Below, one piece after another: positions 48,510 through 57,047 of a DNA stretch of 64,000 bases (the stretch's first letter is position 1; every line of letters begins with the position of its first letter). This DNA is from a virus: the IMG/VR virus record IMGVR_UViG_3300024346_000009, one strand, 5' to 3'. The notes under the pieces were generated by a model that saw only the letters and a list, made by a program, of their open reading frames with translations, searched no databases and was not told where the DNA came from. The translations under genes and the position numbers were made by a program.

Positions 48510-48804
48510 CCAATTAAAAGATACAGTATTCTCCTACTTTGAAGGCTTTACAAAGGCGACGGCTGATACGTTTGCATGGATCAGCATAGTGGTTTTAATT
48601 GCTTCAACCATTCCAGGCTTTATTGCTGTAATGGCCGGTGCTACAGATAAGATGCCACCATTAGATATTACGTTACTGGTGTGGGCAAGTCTGTTGCTTT
48701 ATTTTGTAAGATCAGCTATACTCAAAGATATGCTGATGGTGGTCACGATAGGGTTCGGGTTCGCGGTTCAAGCAATATTACTAGGATTGATTTACTTTAC
48801 ATGA
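48496..48804 (+). CDS. membrane protein
   Basis: Three hydrophobic segments. Confidence 0.65.
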   Translation: MEKFNQLKDTVFSYFEGFTKATADTFAWISIVVLIASTIPGFIAVMAGATDKMPPLDITLLVWASLLLYFVRSAILKDMLMVVTIGFGFAVQAILLGLIYFT

Positions 48805-49064
48805 ATGATGACGCTGAAAAGTTGACGGACGTATTGGTTATTACCAAGCGGTTTAGATCACCAAATGAGTTTAGTATCTATATTGATGAGATGGTTGCCA
48901 GTAACGGGATCAAGTACATGGATGCCGTTATAGGTTACTGTAATGAGAAGGATATTGAGATAGATAGTATCGGTCCTTTAATTAATCAGAAACTTAGAGA
49001 AAAGATTCAGATGGAGGCCGAGCAAGAGAATATGATCAAACCTAGAGGCCATCTACCTATATGA
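48801..49064 (+). CDS. 33: late transcription coactivator gp33
   Basis: FS..I..YMDA..C..I..L.EKI..EA; 33-59-32 synteny. Confidence 0.85.
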   Translation: MNDDAEKLTDVLVITKRFRSPNEFSIYIDEMVASNGIKYMDAVIGYCNEKDIEIDSIGPLINQKLREKIQMEAEQENMIKPRGHLPI

Positions 49065-49672
49065 TTGCTATGGAACCGTTTTCCGTCTATAAGTATTACC
49101 TCGCCCTACGACTTCACTTCACCACCGAAGGGTACGATGTGATTGCGCAGCAAGGGAGAGTGAGAGCGTCAAAGCAAGCGTTCTTAAAGCGTAAGGATTT
49201 ATTATCAATACGTAAAGTGGCGGAGACGTACTCAGATAAAGATATAGTTGACTTCCTTGTTGCCAATTTTATATCGGGTGATAGGTGGGGTGGTATATTT
49301 GATGTGGAATCAAGAGAGAGGTATATTAGTTGGAAGAAGCGTATAGAATCTATAGCGTATAATTTTGAAAAAGAGTTAAACAAAGCTGTCCTCTACGCAG
49401 AAAAAAATGGGATTACATTCTTTGATTTATTCGTGACTGGGGATAACCAGCATCCATATATAATCAAGATGTTTCTAAGAAATGAGATATCTATTGAAAC
49501 TCTTGTTATCCTAAATAAATTAAATAGCTTCATTGAGAAGTTTGACGTGGATTTGAAAGATGATTTAGTATGGCCAGATGTTTCAAGAGTAATTAGAAAA
49601 TATTCACCATTCCTTAATATAAAAAAAGATAAGTACTATGCCATATACCACAGATCAATTGGATCAAACTAA
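49061..49672 (+). CDS. 59: helicase loader gp59
   Basis: Y..YLA.RLHF..YD, F.KRKD, ISIET. Confidence 0.9.
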   Translation: MIAMEPFSVYKYYLALRLHFTTEGYDVIAQQGRVRASKQAFLKRKDLLSIRKVAETYSDKDIVDFLVANFISGDRWGGIFDVESRERYISWKKRIESIAYNFEKELNKAVLYAEKNGITFFDLFVTGDNQHPYIIKMFLRNEISIETLVILNKLNSFIEKFDVDLKDDLVWPDVSRVIRKYSPFLNIKKDKYYAIYHRSIGSN

Positions 49673-49853
49673 TTTACGTATTATTGAGATTGAAAAGAAT
49701 TTATGTATTATGCAAGAAAATATAACTGCCGTTTCTGATCATATTAGGGAAACCCAAAGATATTTAATTAAATTGGCTCACCACCAATCAGAAATTGCCA
49801 AGAGGCTTTCCTCATGGCCTTTTATAGCCGTAACGAAACAGAGTGAGGAATAA
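49638..49853 (+). CDS. hypothetical coiled-coil protein
   Basis: Packed ORF. Confidence 0.5.
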   Translation: MPYTTDQLDQTNLRIIEIEKNLCIMQENITAVSDHIRETQRYLIKLAHHQSEIAKRLSSWPFIAVTKQSEE

Positions 49854-49874
49854 ATGCTAGGGACTTTATTGTAA

Positions 49875-50078
49875 ATGAAATACGATAACCGGGATAGGGA
49901 TAGAGAGTGGGATAAGAAACCACGTAAGGTACTTAAAGGGACCGATAAAGTTGCCAAGTATCGAAGAAGCATATATAATATGTTAACAGATGAAGATTCC
50001 GATCTTGATCTGGAAACTGAGGAAGGTGATGTTGGTCATAATTATCATGGAAATAGTAGTTATAAAAAACAACGCTAA
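49875..50078 (+). CDS. hypothetical protein
   Basis: Packed ORF, charged. Confidence 0.5.
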   Translation: MKYDNRDRDREWDKKPRKVLKGTDKVAKYRRSIYNMLTDEDSDLDLETEEGDVGHNYHGNSSYKKQR

Positions 50079-50113
50079 TACATCGCATACAACGTTAATA
50101 CAAGGAGAGTAAT

Positions 50114-51004
50114 ATGGCAATGGATTTTAATACAATGAAAACCGCTCGTGGTGGTTTCGATAGCCTGATGAAGGAAGTCGAGAAGATTGCAACACCACAA
50201 AATCAAGACAACGCAAAAGATGATCGCTTCTGGCAACCAGAGGTAGATAAGGCCGGTAACGGCTATGCAGTCATCCGCTTTCTTCCGCCTCCTAAGGGTG
50301 AAGATCTTCCATGGGTTCGTGTTTGGAATCATGGATTTCAAGGTCCTACAGGAAAGTGGTACATCGAGAACTCACTCACAACATTAAGTAAACCTGATCC
50401 TGTATCAGAACTTAATACCGAGTTGTGGAATACAGGTCTTGAGTCTAACAAGGATATTGTACGCAAACAAAAGCGTCGATTGACTTATGTTTCAAACATC
50501 TACGTCGTTAAAGACCCTGCACATCCTGAGAACGAAGGTAAAGTATTTCTTTACAAGTTCGGTAAGAAGATCTTTGATAAGATTAAAGATGTGATGCAGC
50601 CTCAGTACGAAGATGAAACCCCTATCAACCCCTTCGACTTCTGGAAGGGCGCTAACTTCAAGTTGAAGATTCGTAATCTTGAAGGATATCGTAACTACGA
50701 TAAGTCTGAGTTTGATAGTCTTTCTGTTCTATCTGAAGATGATGACGCACTTCAAACTACCTGGGGTAAGCAACATTCTTTAGTTGAGTTTCTTGACCCT
50801 AAGAACTTTAAGTCGTATGATGAACTTAAATCTAAACTTCAAATGGTCTTGACTGCAACAGGTTCAGCACCTAGAGCAGAAGAGTTATCATTGGAAAGTA
50901 TGCCCCGACCTGTACCAGCAAAAGCAGCTTCGAAGAAGGAAGTTGATTTTGACGATGCAGAGGGTTCCCTATCGTACTTCGCCAAGCTGGCGAATGATGA
51001 TTAA
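50114..51004 (+). CDS. 32: single-stranded DNA-binding protein gp32
   Basis: DDRFW, GNG.AVIRFLP, WYIEN, YFAKLA tail. Confidence 0.97.
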   Translation: MAMDFNTMKTARGGFDSLMKEVEKIATPQNQDNAKDDRFWQPEVDKAGNGYAVIRFLPPPKGEDLPWVRVWNHGFQGPTGKWYIENSLTTLSKPDPVSELNTELWNTGLESNKDIVRKQKRRLTYVSNIYVVKDPAHPENEGKVFLYKFGKKIFDKIKDVMQPQYEDETPINPFDFWKGANFKLKIRNLEGYRNYDKSEFDSLSVLSEDDDALQTTWGKQHSLVEFLDPKNFKSYDELKSKLQMVLTATGSAPRAEELSLESMPRPVPAKAASKKEVDFDDAEGSLSYFAKLANDD

Positions 51005-51119
51005 TTAGGTAGTCTTAGCCTCCTCCAGGGCACTCGTTACCTTAGTAACCCAGGCCCTGGTCCGGTGACGAGCTAGTTAAATTTTGTGTTTAACTTTTAT
51101 TTAAATTTTGGAGTTTTTT

Positions 51120-51332
51120 ATGAAGACAATTATCGCAATTATTACTACCCTGTTCGCCTTGAGTTCTTTTGCTGCTGAGCCAGCTAAGAAAGAAGAAGCA
51201 AAGCCTGCTGCTAAAGCTGCCGCCGCTCCTGCTGCGCCAGCCGCTAAAGCTGCTCCTGCCGCGGCTCCTGCTGCACCAGCAGCACCAGCTGCCGCTAAGA
51301 AAGACGAAAAGAAGCCTGAAGCAAAAAAGTAA
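51120..51332 (+). CDS. secreted Ala/Pro/Lys-rich disordered protein (candidate -1 frameshift extension to 51436)
   Basis: Signal peptide ..SSFA; PAA repeats; ends A_AAA_AAG TAA. Confidence 0.8.
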   Translation: MKTIIAIITTLFALSSFAAEPAKKEEAKPAAKAAAAPAAPAAKAAPAAAPAAPAAPAAAKKDEKKPEAKK

Positions 51333-51434
51333 AGCGGCCTTGCAAAGCTGGGCAAACTGCGGCTGACGGCTGTAGAGTTGTCAAGAAGGCCGTGAAGAAA
51401 CCAGCTAAGAAGTCTACGAAAGTAGATAAGAAGT

Positions 51435-51462
51435 AAAAAAAGGGACTTTCGGGTCCCTTTTT
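51435..51462. terminator. bidirectional intrinsic terminator
   Basis: A-run, GGGAC-TTTCGG-GTCCC, T-run, between convergent genes. Confidence 0.88.
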
Positions 51463-51464
51463 CT

Positions 51465-53987
51465 TTAGTATACCGCTATCTTATTTGAGTACCTATCGAG
51501 CGCAGATCCTGTATATTCCGGTCGTGGTGTAGGCTTAGATGGCATAAACTTTGTAGTATTATTACTACTAACGTTATTAGATACAACGGTATTATTAGCA
51601 CCACCCTTAGATGCATCTCTTTCCATATCGGCGTTTTCGGTAGAAGTTTTAGCAACATCTTTTCCGGTTAGAATAGGGGAACCTTTACCAACATTACCCT
51701 CAACATCTAGGGTTGATGGGGCAAGCGCTTGAGCTCTTGCTTCTTTTATCTCTGTTAATTTCTTTCTAGCACCTTCAACATCACCTTTTTTATTAAGTTC
51801 TTGAAGTTGATTATATTCCTGTTTAGTTACTTCAGTGTCATATTCTGCACTATCACCACCCGTACCGCTCATCTCACTAGATACTTTATAGGTATCTTTA
51901 CCAAATAGACCACCAGAAATTCTCTGGCCAAGCATGCTTCCGTAATTAGCTTCGGTCTTGTTGATTTGTTTACCTTCAACTTTACCTTCTACCACTTTCT
52001 CATCAGATGATGTACCTAAAAAGCTGCCTGATTCTTTACCCTTTGCAGTAAACAAACCACCAAGGAATGTACTACCGAGTACAGACTTTTGTGCTGTGAC
52101 CCCTTCTTTATTACTAGCTGTTGAGGTAGTTGCCTCTAACCCAGGTCCTCGAGATATTGATTTATCGCTAGTAGCCACTTCACCTGTACTACTTACCATT
52201 TGATCAGCCATGGCAACACCCTTTGCCTGATCGTTTAAACCTATACCGCTGTTATAAACACCCTTAACCTTATCACCAATACCACCGAAGAAGTCTCCAG
52301 CTGCATTAATAGCTTTGCCGCCGTATTCCCCAACAACCTTACCTGCTTTAGATCCAGCAAATGCTCCTAGGGCTCCGCCTGCTATACCACCGATAGCTGT
52401 ACCAACACCTGGTACTATTGAACCAATTGTAGCACCGAGGGAGGCACCAGCAATAGCTCCGGCTGCCATACCAGTACCTTCACCTATTGCGCCACTCTTT
52501 TCAACAGTAGCTGTATTACCTATTTCTTTTCTTGCAGCTGCAGCTTCTTCTGGCTTCATTTCACCAGAGTCAAACTTAGCCTGAACCTCTTCCATTTTAG
52601 CTTGCTTACTATCTTCGGCTGCTGTATATCCTTCGTATGCAGTATATGCACCTAGGCCAACTGCTGCTGCTGCACCCAGTACCTTACCTGTATTACTAGT
52701 TGCAAACTTAGCCAGCTTACCGCCCATACTTGCTACCTTACCAGCACCTCCCTTTTTGCCCACCAAATCCATTGCACCTGAAGCTAAGTCACCTACAAGA
52801 GAACCTTTCTCATCCTCTTCTTCTTTCTTCGCCGATGGAGCACCCTTTTGATCGGTAATTTCAGCTGGTGTTTTAGGTGCTAAAGCATCTCGTATTTCTT
52901 TAAGCGTTGTTAGTTGCTCTTTTGTAGTCTCAAGCATCTGCTTAGATAACTCAAGATCACTCTTAGCAGCATCAGCAAGGGCTTCACCTGATGATGTAAC
53001 ATTATCACCTTCTGGGTTAGCAGCCTCTGGTGATTTCTCTGCGGGACTTGATACCTTACCTTCCCGTTCTTTTTTCTTATCCTCTGGTGGCTCCTCGTAC
53101 CCAATTAAATGATCTCTTATCCTGCCAGGGGTCGCTTTTACCTCGTCCTTAAACGTTGCAAAGAAGCCTCTATTATCCGTCTGTTCTTCATCATTTTTTT
53201 CTTTAGGTTCTACCCCACCTGTAATCCCTGCTACACTACTTCTTTCTCTACGTGCTCTTTTAATAGATGTATTTCTACCTTCAGAAGGTCCCTGATCATC
53301 ACCTAAATTACCACCCAAAGCTTCAGCTGTTGCTCCACCAGGTCTAGTTGATGTAACGCTGGTTATTAAATTTAATTTATTATCTTTTCTAGCCCGTTCA
53401 CCCTGCCCAGATAAGGTATCTCTGGCAGTTTCAAAATCTAAAAAGCCACCATCTTTAGATGTCTTGCCTGAGACCTTGCTCTCAATATCTCTACCACTGG
53501 TATTTCTATATTGAGCCGCCTCCTTGTCGTACTCAACACTACCTTCAGTTAATTTTCTTACTAATGAAATCTCTTTTAATTGTTCATCTTGTAACTTATT
53601 AGTGTTTATCCCTATAGCACCCATGGTAGCAACCAGGTGACCACTATCAATAAACTTACCTACATCTGACCCAACATTTTGTACTGCAGCTTTTACGCCT
53701 GTAATAACTTCCTTAAGCCCCTCTAATACCGTAGTTATCCTAGATAATGTATCATTTGCAGTGTCTAGTTGATCTTGAACCTCTATTACATCATCGCTGA
53801 CATCATGTAACCCATCTCTTAAAGAATCTCTTACAGATGAAGTTTCATCTTTTAAGTCACTTAGACTTTCATTGGTTTTATCAATACCTTTGGTAGTTTC
53901 TTTTTGTGCTAAAATCCCACCACCAGTTTGCTCCTTGAGTTTATCAAGGAACGCTTTAAAGCTAGGATCTGCTGATGGAGATTGCAT
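51465..53987 (-). CDS. tail tape measure / gp29-like protein
   Basis: 840 aa coiled coil with Gly/Ala-rich hydrophobic block, Asn-rich C-terminus; downstream of gp26/gp51. Confidence 0.65.
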   Translation of the reverse strand: MQSPSADPSFKAFLDKLKEQTGGGILAQKETTKGIDKTNESLSDLKDETSSVRDSLRDGLHDVSDDVIEVQDQLDTANDTLSRITTVLEGLKEVITGVKAAVQNVGSDVGKFIDSGHLVATMGAIGINTNKLQDEQLKEISLVRKLTEGSVEYDKEAAQYRNTSGRDIESKVSGKTSKDGGFLDFETARDTLSGQGERARKDNKLNLITSVTSTRPGGATAEALGGNLGDDQGPSEGRNTSIKRARRERSSVAGITGGVEPKEKNDEEQTDNRGFFATFKDEVKATPGRIRDHLIGYEEPPEDKKKEREGKVSSPAEKSPEAANPEGDNVTSSGEALADAAKSDLELSKQMLETTKEQLTTLKEIRDALAPKTPAEITDQKGAPSAKKEEEDEKGSLVGDLASGAMDLVGKKGGAGKVASMGGKLAKFATSNTGKVLGAAAAVGLGAYTAYEGYTAAEDSKQAKMEEVQAKFDSGEMKPEEAAAARKEIGNTATVEKSGAIGEGTGMAAGAIAGASLGATIGSIVPGVGTAIGGIAGGALGAFAGSKAGKVVGEYGGKAINAAGDFFGGIGDKVKGVYNSGIGLNDQAKGVAMADQMVSSTGEVATSDKSISRGPGLEATTSTASNKEGVTAQKSVLGSTFLGGLFTAKGKESGSFLGTSSDEKVVEGKVEGKQINKTEANYGSMLGQRISGGLFGKDTYKVSSEMSGTGGDSAEYDTEVTKQEYNQLQELNKKGDVEGARKKLTEIKEARAQALAPSTLDVEGNVGKGSPILTGKDVAKTSTENADMERDASKGGANNTVVSNNVSSNNTTKFMPSKPTPRPEYTGSALDRYSNKIAVY

Positions 53988-54406
53988 TATTGATCCAGGT
54001 TAGGTTTAATTATTGGTCTTCTAATCACAGGCATAGGAGTATCATTGCCAGTATCTGGCGATGAATTAAACGTGGTAGATACTGTCTGGCTTACAGGCAT
54101 CATTGGTAGAGATATGCCGCCGTTGTTTGCTCCGGCTAATTTTTCCTGTGTTCTACCAAATGCAGCAAGCCCCAACACTGCACCCATTGCAATGTGGTAC
54201 AGGCCTGCACCCTGTAAAGTTAGTGGTTGCCATTGTGTAATCTGGCCAACTTTTGCAACAGTTTGTAATAGACTCCATAGTATTGGAAAAATAACAAAGT
54301 CAAAAGTACATGTGGCCATATATAGCCAACCCATCATCGGACGCCACTTACTGTTCATCCAATCTTCTTTTTTTAATTCGCTTGCGCTTTTAACTTCGTC
54401 TGCCAT
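53987..54406 (-). CDS. holin-like membrane protein
   Basis: WRP.MGW..FDF..P..GA.LG..A.GRT.EK. Confidence 0.6.
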   Translation of the reverse strand: MADEVKSASELKKEDWMNSKWRPMMGWLYMATCTFDFVIFPILWSLLQTVAKVGQITQWQPLTLQGAGLYHIAMGAVLGLAAFGRTQEKLAGANNGGISLPMMPVSQTVSTTFNSSPDTGNDTPMPVIRRPIIKPNLDQ

Positions 54407-54606
54407 TATAGATTCCTTGCATTTTGTTTAAGCATTTTAAGCTTTTCATTTTCCTTTTTAATATAGTCAATTAGTAATGAAACGTAAATCTCCCTCTCCC
54501 ATGGCATCATATTTTCTAACTCTGTAAGGCTGTACTTATGATGCTGCATCAGCGAGAAATTTAAAGTAAAGTAGTTAGCTAATGAATCATGTGAGAGGGC
54601 TATACG
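54406..54606 (-). CDS. 51: gp51-like baseplate hub assembly protein (not in track; probably reached by -1 frameshift)
   Basis: RIALSHDSLANYFTLNFSLMQHHKYSLTELENMMPWEREIY; first ATG only at 54549. Confidence 0.85.
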   Translation of the reverse strand, partial: RIALSHDSLANYFTLNFSLMQHHKYSLTELENMMPWEREIYVSLLIDYIKKENEKLKMLKQNARNL

Positions 54607-55295
54607 AAAAAATTCTGTAATCCCTCAAGCCGCGATACATTGTGCTTATTACATTTCGGGCAATCACATTCAATTATCTGTACGATTTTTGGTGATGTAA
54701 CAAAAAACTTTTCCAATTTATCAAACTGTTCTTTAGTTAAAGAGTAAATAAATTCTTCTAATTCTGCCCTAGTTTGATCAGCCGCCTCCCAATACTCGTC
54801 TTTATTGTAAATAGCTTTTACACAATTAATAATTAAATCGATTACCGATTGGTTATCTTTTGATGCAAATACTCCCACAACTTCGTCAATATTGGGGTAC
54901 TTCATTTCAATACCAATATCATCTGTAATATTAATCTTATTACTGTGATCAGGTTTAACTTCAATCTTGAGATCCTCAATACTAAAACTGGTATCAATTT
55001 TAGTACCGCATTCACAATTAATAACTACATCTACCGATTCACCTATAGACTTTGCCCGTAGGTTCATAAAGATATATTCAATATCGAAGTGAGGTAAATC
55101 TTTTACCTTGAGTTCCTTAAAGGTACACACATCGACAAGCTCCCGTATAATTCGTGAAACTTCTTCATTTTCTGCCTCCGACATTGTTAACAGCACCTTA
55201 TGCTCTTTAACAAGAAAGGGTCTAAATTTAATTTTATTACCTGTAGAAGGTAAATTCAATTCATACGTTGGTGTTTCTAATTTTGGTAAAGCCAT
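54600..55295 (-). CDS. 26: gp26-like baseplate hub protein
   Basis: MALPKL..P.Y, RPFLVKE.K, RAKSIGE, LEGL.NFF. Confidence 0.88.
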   Translation of the reverse strand: MALPKLETPTYELNLPSTGNKIKFRPFLVKEHKVLLTMSEAENEEVSRIIRELVDVCTFKELKVKDLPHFDIEYIFMNLRAKSIGESVDVVINCECGTKIDTSFSIEDLKIEVKPDHSNKINITDDIGIEMKYPNIDEVVGVFASKDNQSVIDLIINCVKAIYNKDEYWEAADQTRAELEEFIYSLTKEQFDKLEKFFVTSPKIVQIIECDCPKCNKHNVSRLEGLQNFFV

Positions 55296-55310
55296 AATAT
55301 TCTCCTGTTA

Positions 55311-55967
55311 TTATCTATCAATTCGTCTAGGATCAGCCTTCGCAAACTCTGATCTTGTATTATTAGCCTGAGTAGATGAAAGTTCATCTGGGCTTACAAT
55401 TGTAGGTGTTCTATATGCTGTACTCGATCTCTGTGTATTTCTCCAATACCTGTACGCAAATAATATATTCAATCTATGTGTTTGATTTGTAGCAGCATTA
55501 TTAAGTTCCATTAAATTCATATTTCTTGGAAATGCATCGATTAACTCTACCTCATACGTTACATTTTCTTGTTCGTCTAACTGTCTTATAAAGATACTTG
55601 TAATGTAGTCCCGCTGATACCCAACGGTAAAGTCGTCAGGGTCGATAATAGTATGCATCCAGTTCTCAAAAAATCTTCTAATATCCATGTCCCTATCTAC
55701 GTGAAAGGCAAACGATATCCCCTCGCCCCCGTATTCTGAAGTAACAGGTCTTTGATATGTAGGACCAAAGATCTTAAAAGCTTTAGAGGATATGTTCAGC
55801 ATTGGAAGACTGGCTTGCTCACAATACAAACTTACCATTTCCCCCATACCCGTTGCCTGCATACCAGCGGGAGGAATAATTAAAACTTCAAACCTGTTAG
55901 TTCTTGCTAAACTATCAATGGCGATGGTGGTTCGAAAATCATCTAAGTTAAAATTAGCTTTTGACAT
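55311..55967 (-). CDS. tail tube initiator gp54 / gp19-like
   Basis: ARTNRFEV, C..LP, F..W, DAFP, F.YRYW. Confidence 0.75.
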   Translation of the reverse strand: MSKANFNLDDFRTTIAIDSLARTNRFEVLIIPPAGMQATGMGEMVSLYCEQASLPMLNISSKAFKIFGPTYQRPVTSEYGGEGISFAFHVDRDMDIRRFFENWMHTIIDPDDFTVGYQRDYITSIFIRQLDEQENVTYEVELIDAFPRNMNLMELNNAATNQTHRLNILFAYRYWRNTQRSSTAYRTPTIVSPDELSSTQANNTRSEFAKADPRRIDR

Positions 55968-56536
55968 TAATACTTAGCCCTTGAATCTTTCCAGACTTCT
56001 GTTTTATTAGCACCAATAAATCGCTCAACTGGTAATTGGGATGCGGTAATCCAATCAGGGTATTTAACCTGAAGGAACTTTGATTTTAGTTGTTCATATA
56101 GGTAATGTTTAACACAAGCCTTAACAGGGTCGTACTTGGATGAACTATTCAATATTCTCCAATTTAACAACAATCTTGTTTCTTCATCCATTTTCTTATC
56201 AATTGCAAGCTCATGCAAATACCCCAGCAACTTAAATCTTGCCATATAGGGAATGTAATGTAAGTTTAAACCGTAGAAGCCATCAGGAACCTTCCTAAAC
56301 GGAAGCACCAGGGGAAACATATCCCAATAGGGTAATGTTTCTTTTAACTTTGCATCGTACATAAACATGTACATGTACCCAGGCATTATTCTCGTAGTAA
56401 GATCTGGTGTATTTGTAAGAAGCTTGTTCGGCTTAATCGAAGCAATAGAATTTATCTGGGATTTATACCAGGTAAGTGATCGCGGAACATCGCCCGCTTT
56501 CATTCGAATATCTAAAAAAGGATTTGTATTAGCCAT
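55967..56536 (-). CDS. 2: DNA end protector gp2
   Basis: YDAK.K.TLPYWD.FPL, GLNLHY. Confidence 0.92.
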   Translation of the reverse strand: MANTNPFLDIRMKAGDVPRSLTWYKSQINSIASIKPNKLLTNTPDLTTRIMPGYMYMFMYDAKLKETLPYWDMFPLVLPFRKVPDGFYGLNLHYIPYMARFKLLGYLHELAIDKKMDEETRLLLNWRILNSSSKYDPVKACVKHYLYEQLKSKFLQVKYPDWITASQLPVERFIGANKTEVWKDSRAKY

Positions 56537-56551
56537 AATTATATTTATCTA

Positions 56552-56995
56552 CTAAATCCCAAGATCTTTCTCAGTTAAAACAAGAAATTTCATATCACGA
56601 TCCATACAGTATTCATTAGCCGCCTTCCATTTGGCTTGATTAGTGCCGTATTGGAATACCTCATCTATAAATCTTTGGGTTTGTCGTTTAGGTATGTCGG
56701 GTGGCTTTGTGAATTTCTCGGGTTTTATCTCCACTAAATACTTACTAATAGTATTATGTCTATCTTTTACTCTAATATAGAAGTCCACAAAGTACCGATG
56801 TATCTTGTTATCAACGGGTGACTTATAAGGGATTATCATTGTCTCAGAGCCCCATTCTAGCACCGAGGTATTGGTATCACACCATTTCATAAACCTAAGC
56901 TCCCAGCTGGACCTATAGATAACATCACTGATGTTACCTTTATACTTTGCAGGGTTAAGGACCCTGTACCGACCTTTGTAAGTTGCTTTGTACAT
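56552..56995 (-). CDS. 4: head completion nuclease gp4
   Basis: NP.KY.G, YRSSWE, YFVDF, EIKP, NQAKW. Confidence 0.93.
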   Translation of the reverse strand: MYKATYKGRYRVLNPAKYKGNISDVIYRSSWELRFMKWCDTNTSVLEWGSETMIIPYKSPVDNKIHRYFVDFYIRVKDRHNTISKYLVEIKPEKFTKPPDIPKRQTQRFIDEVFQYGTNQAKWKAANEYCMDRDMKFLVLTEKDLGI

Positions 56996-57047
56996 ATCTT
57001 GATAAATATAATATAATTCACTGTAATCCACTATTTATGGAAAATTC

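Noticed and set aside
51101-51366. Alternative-frame and antisense ORFs over the Ala/Pro-rich gene
   Set aside because: Artefacts of low-complexity GCT/CCT codons
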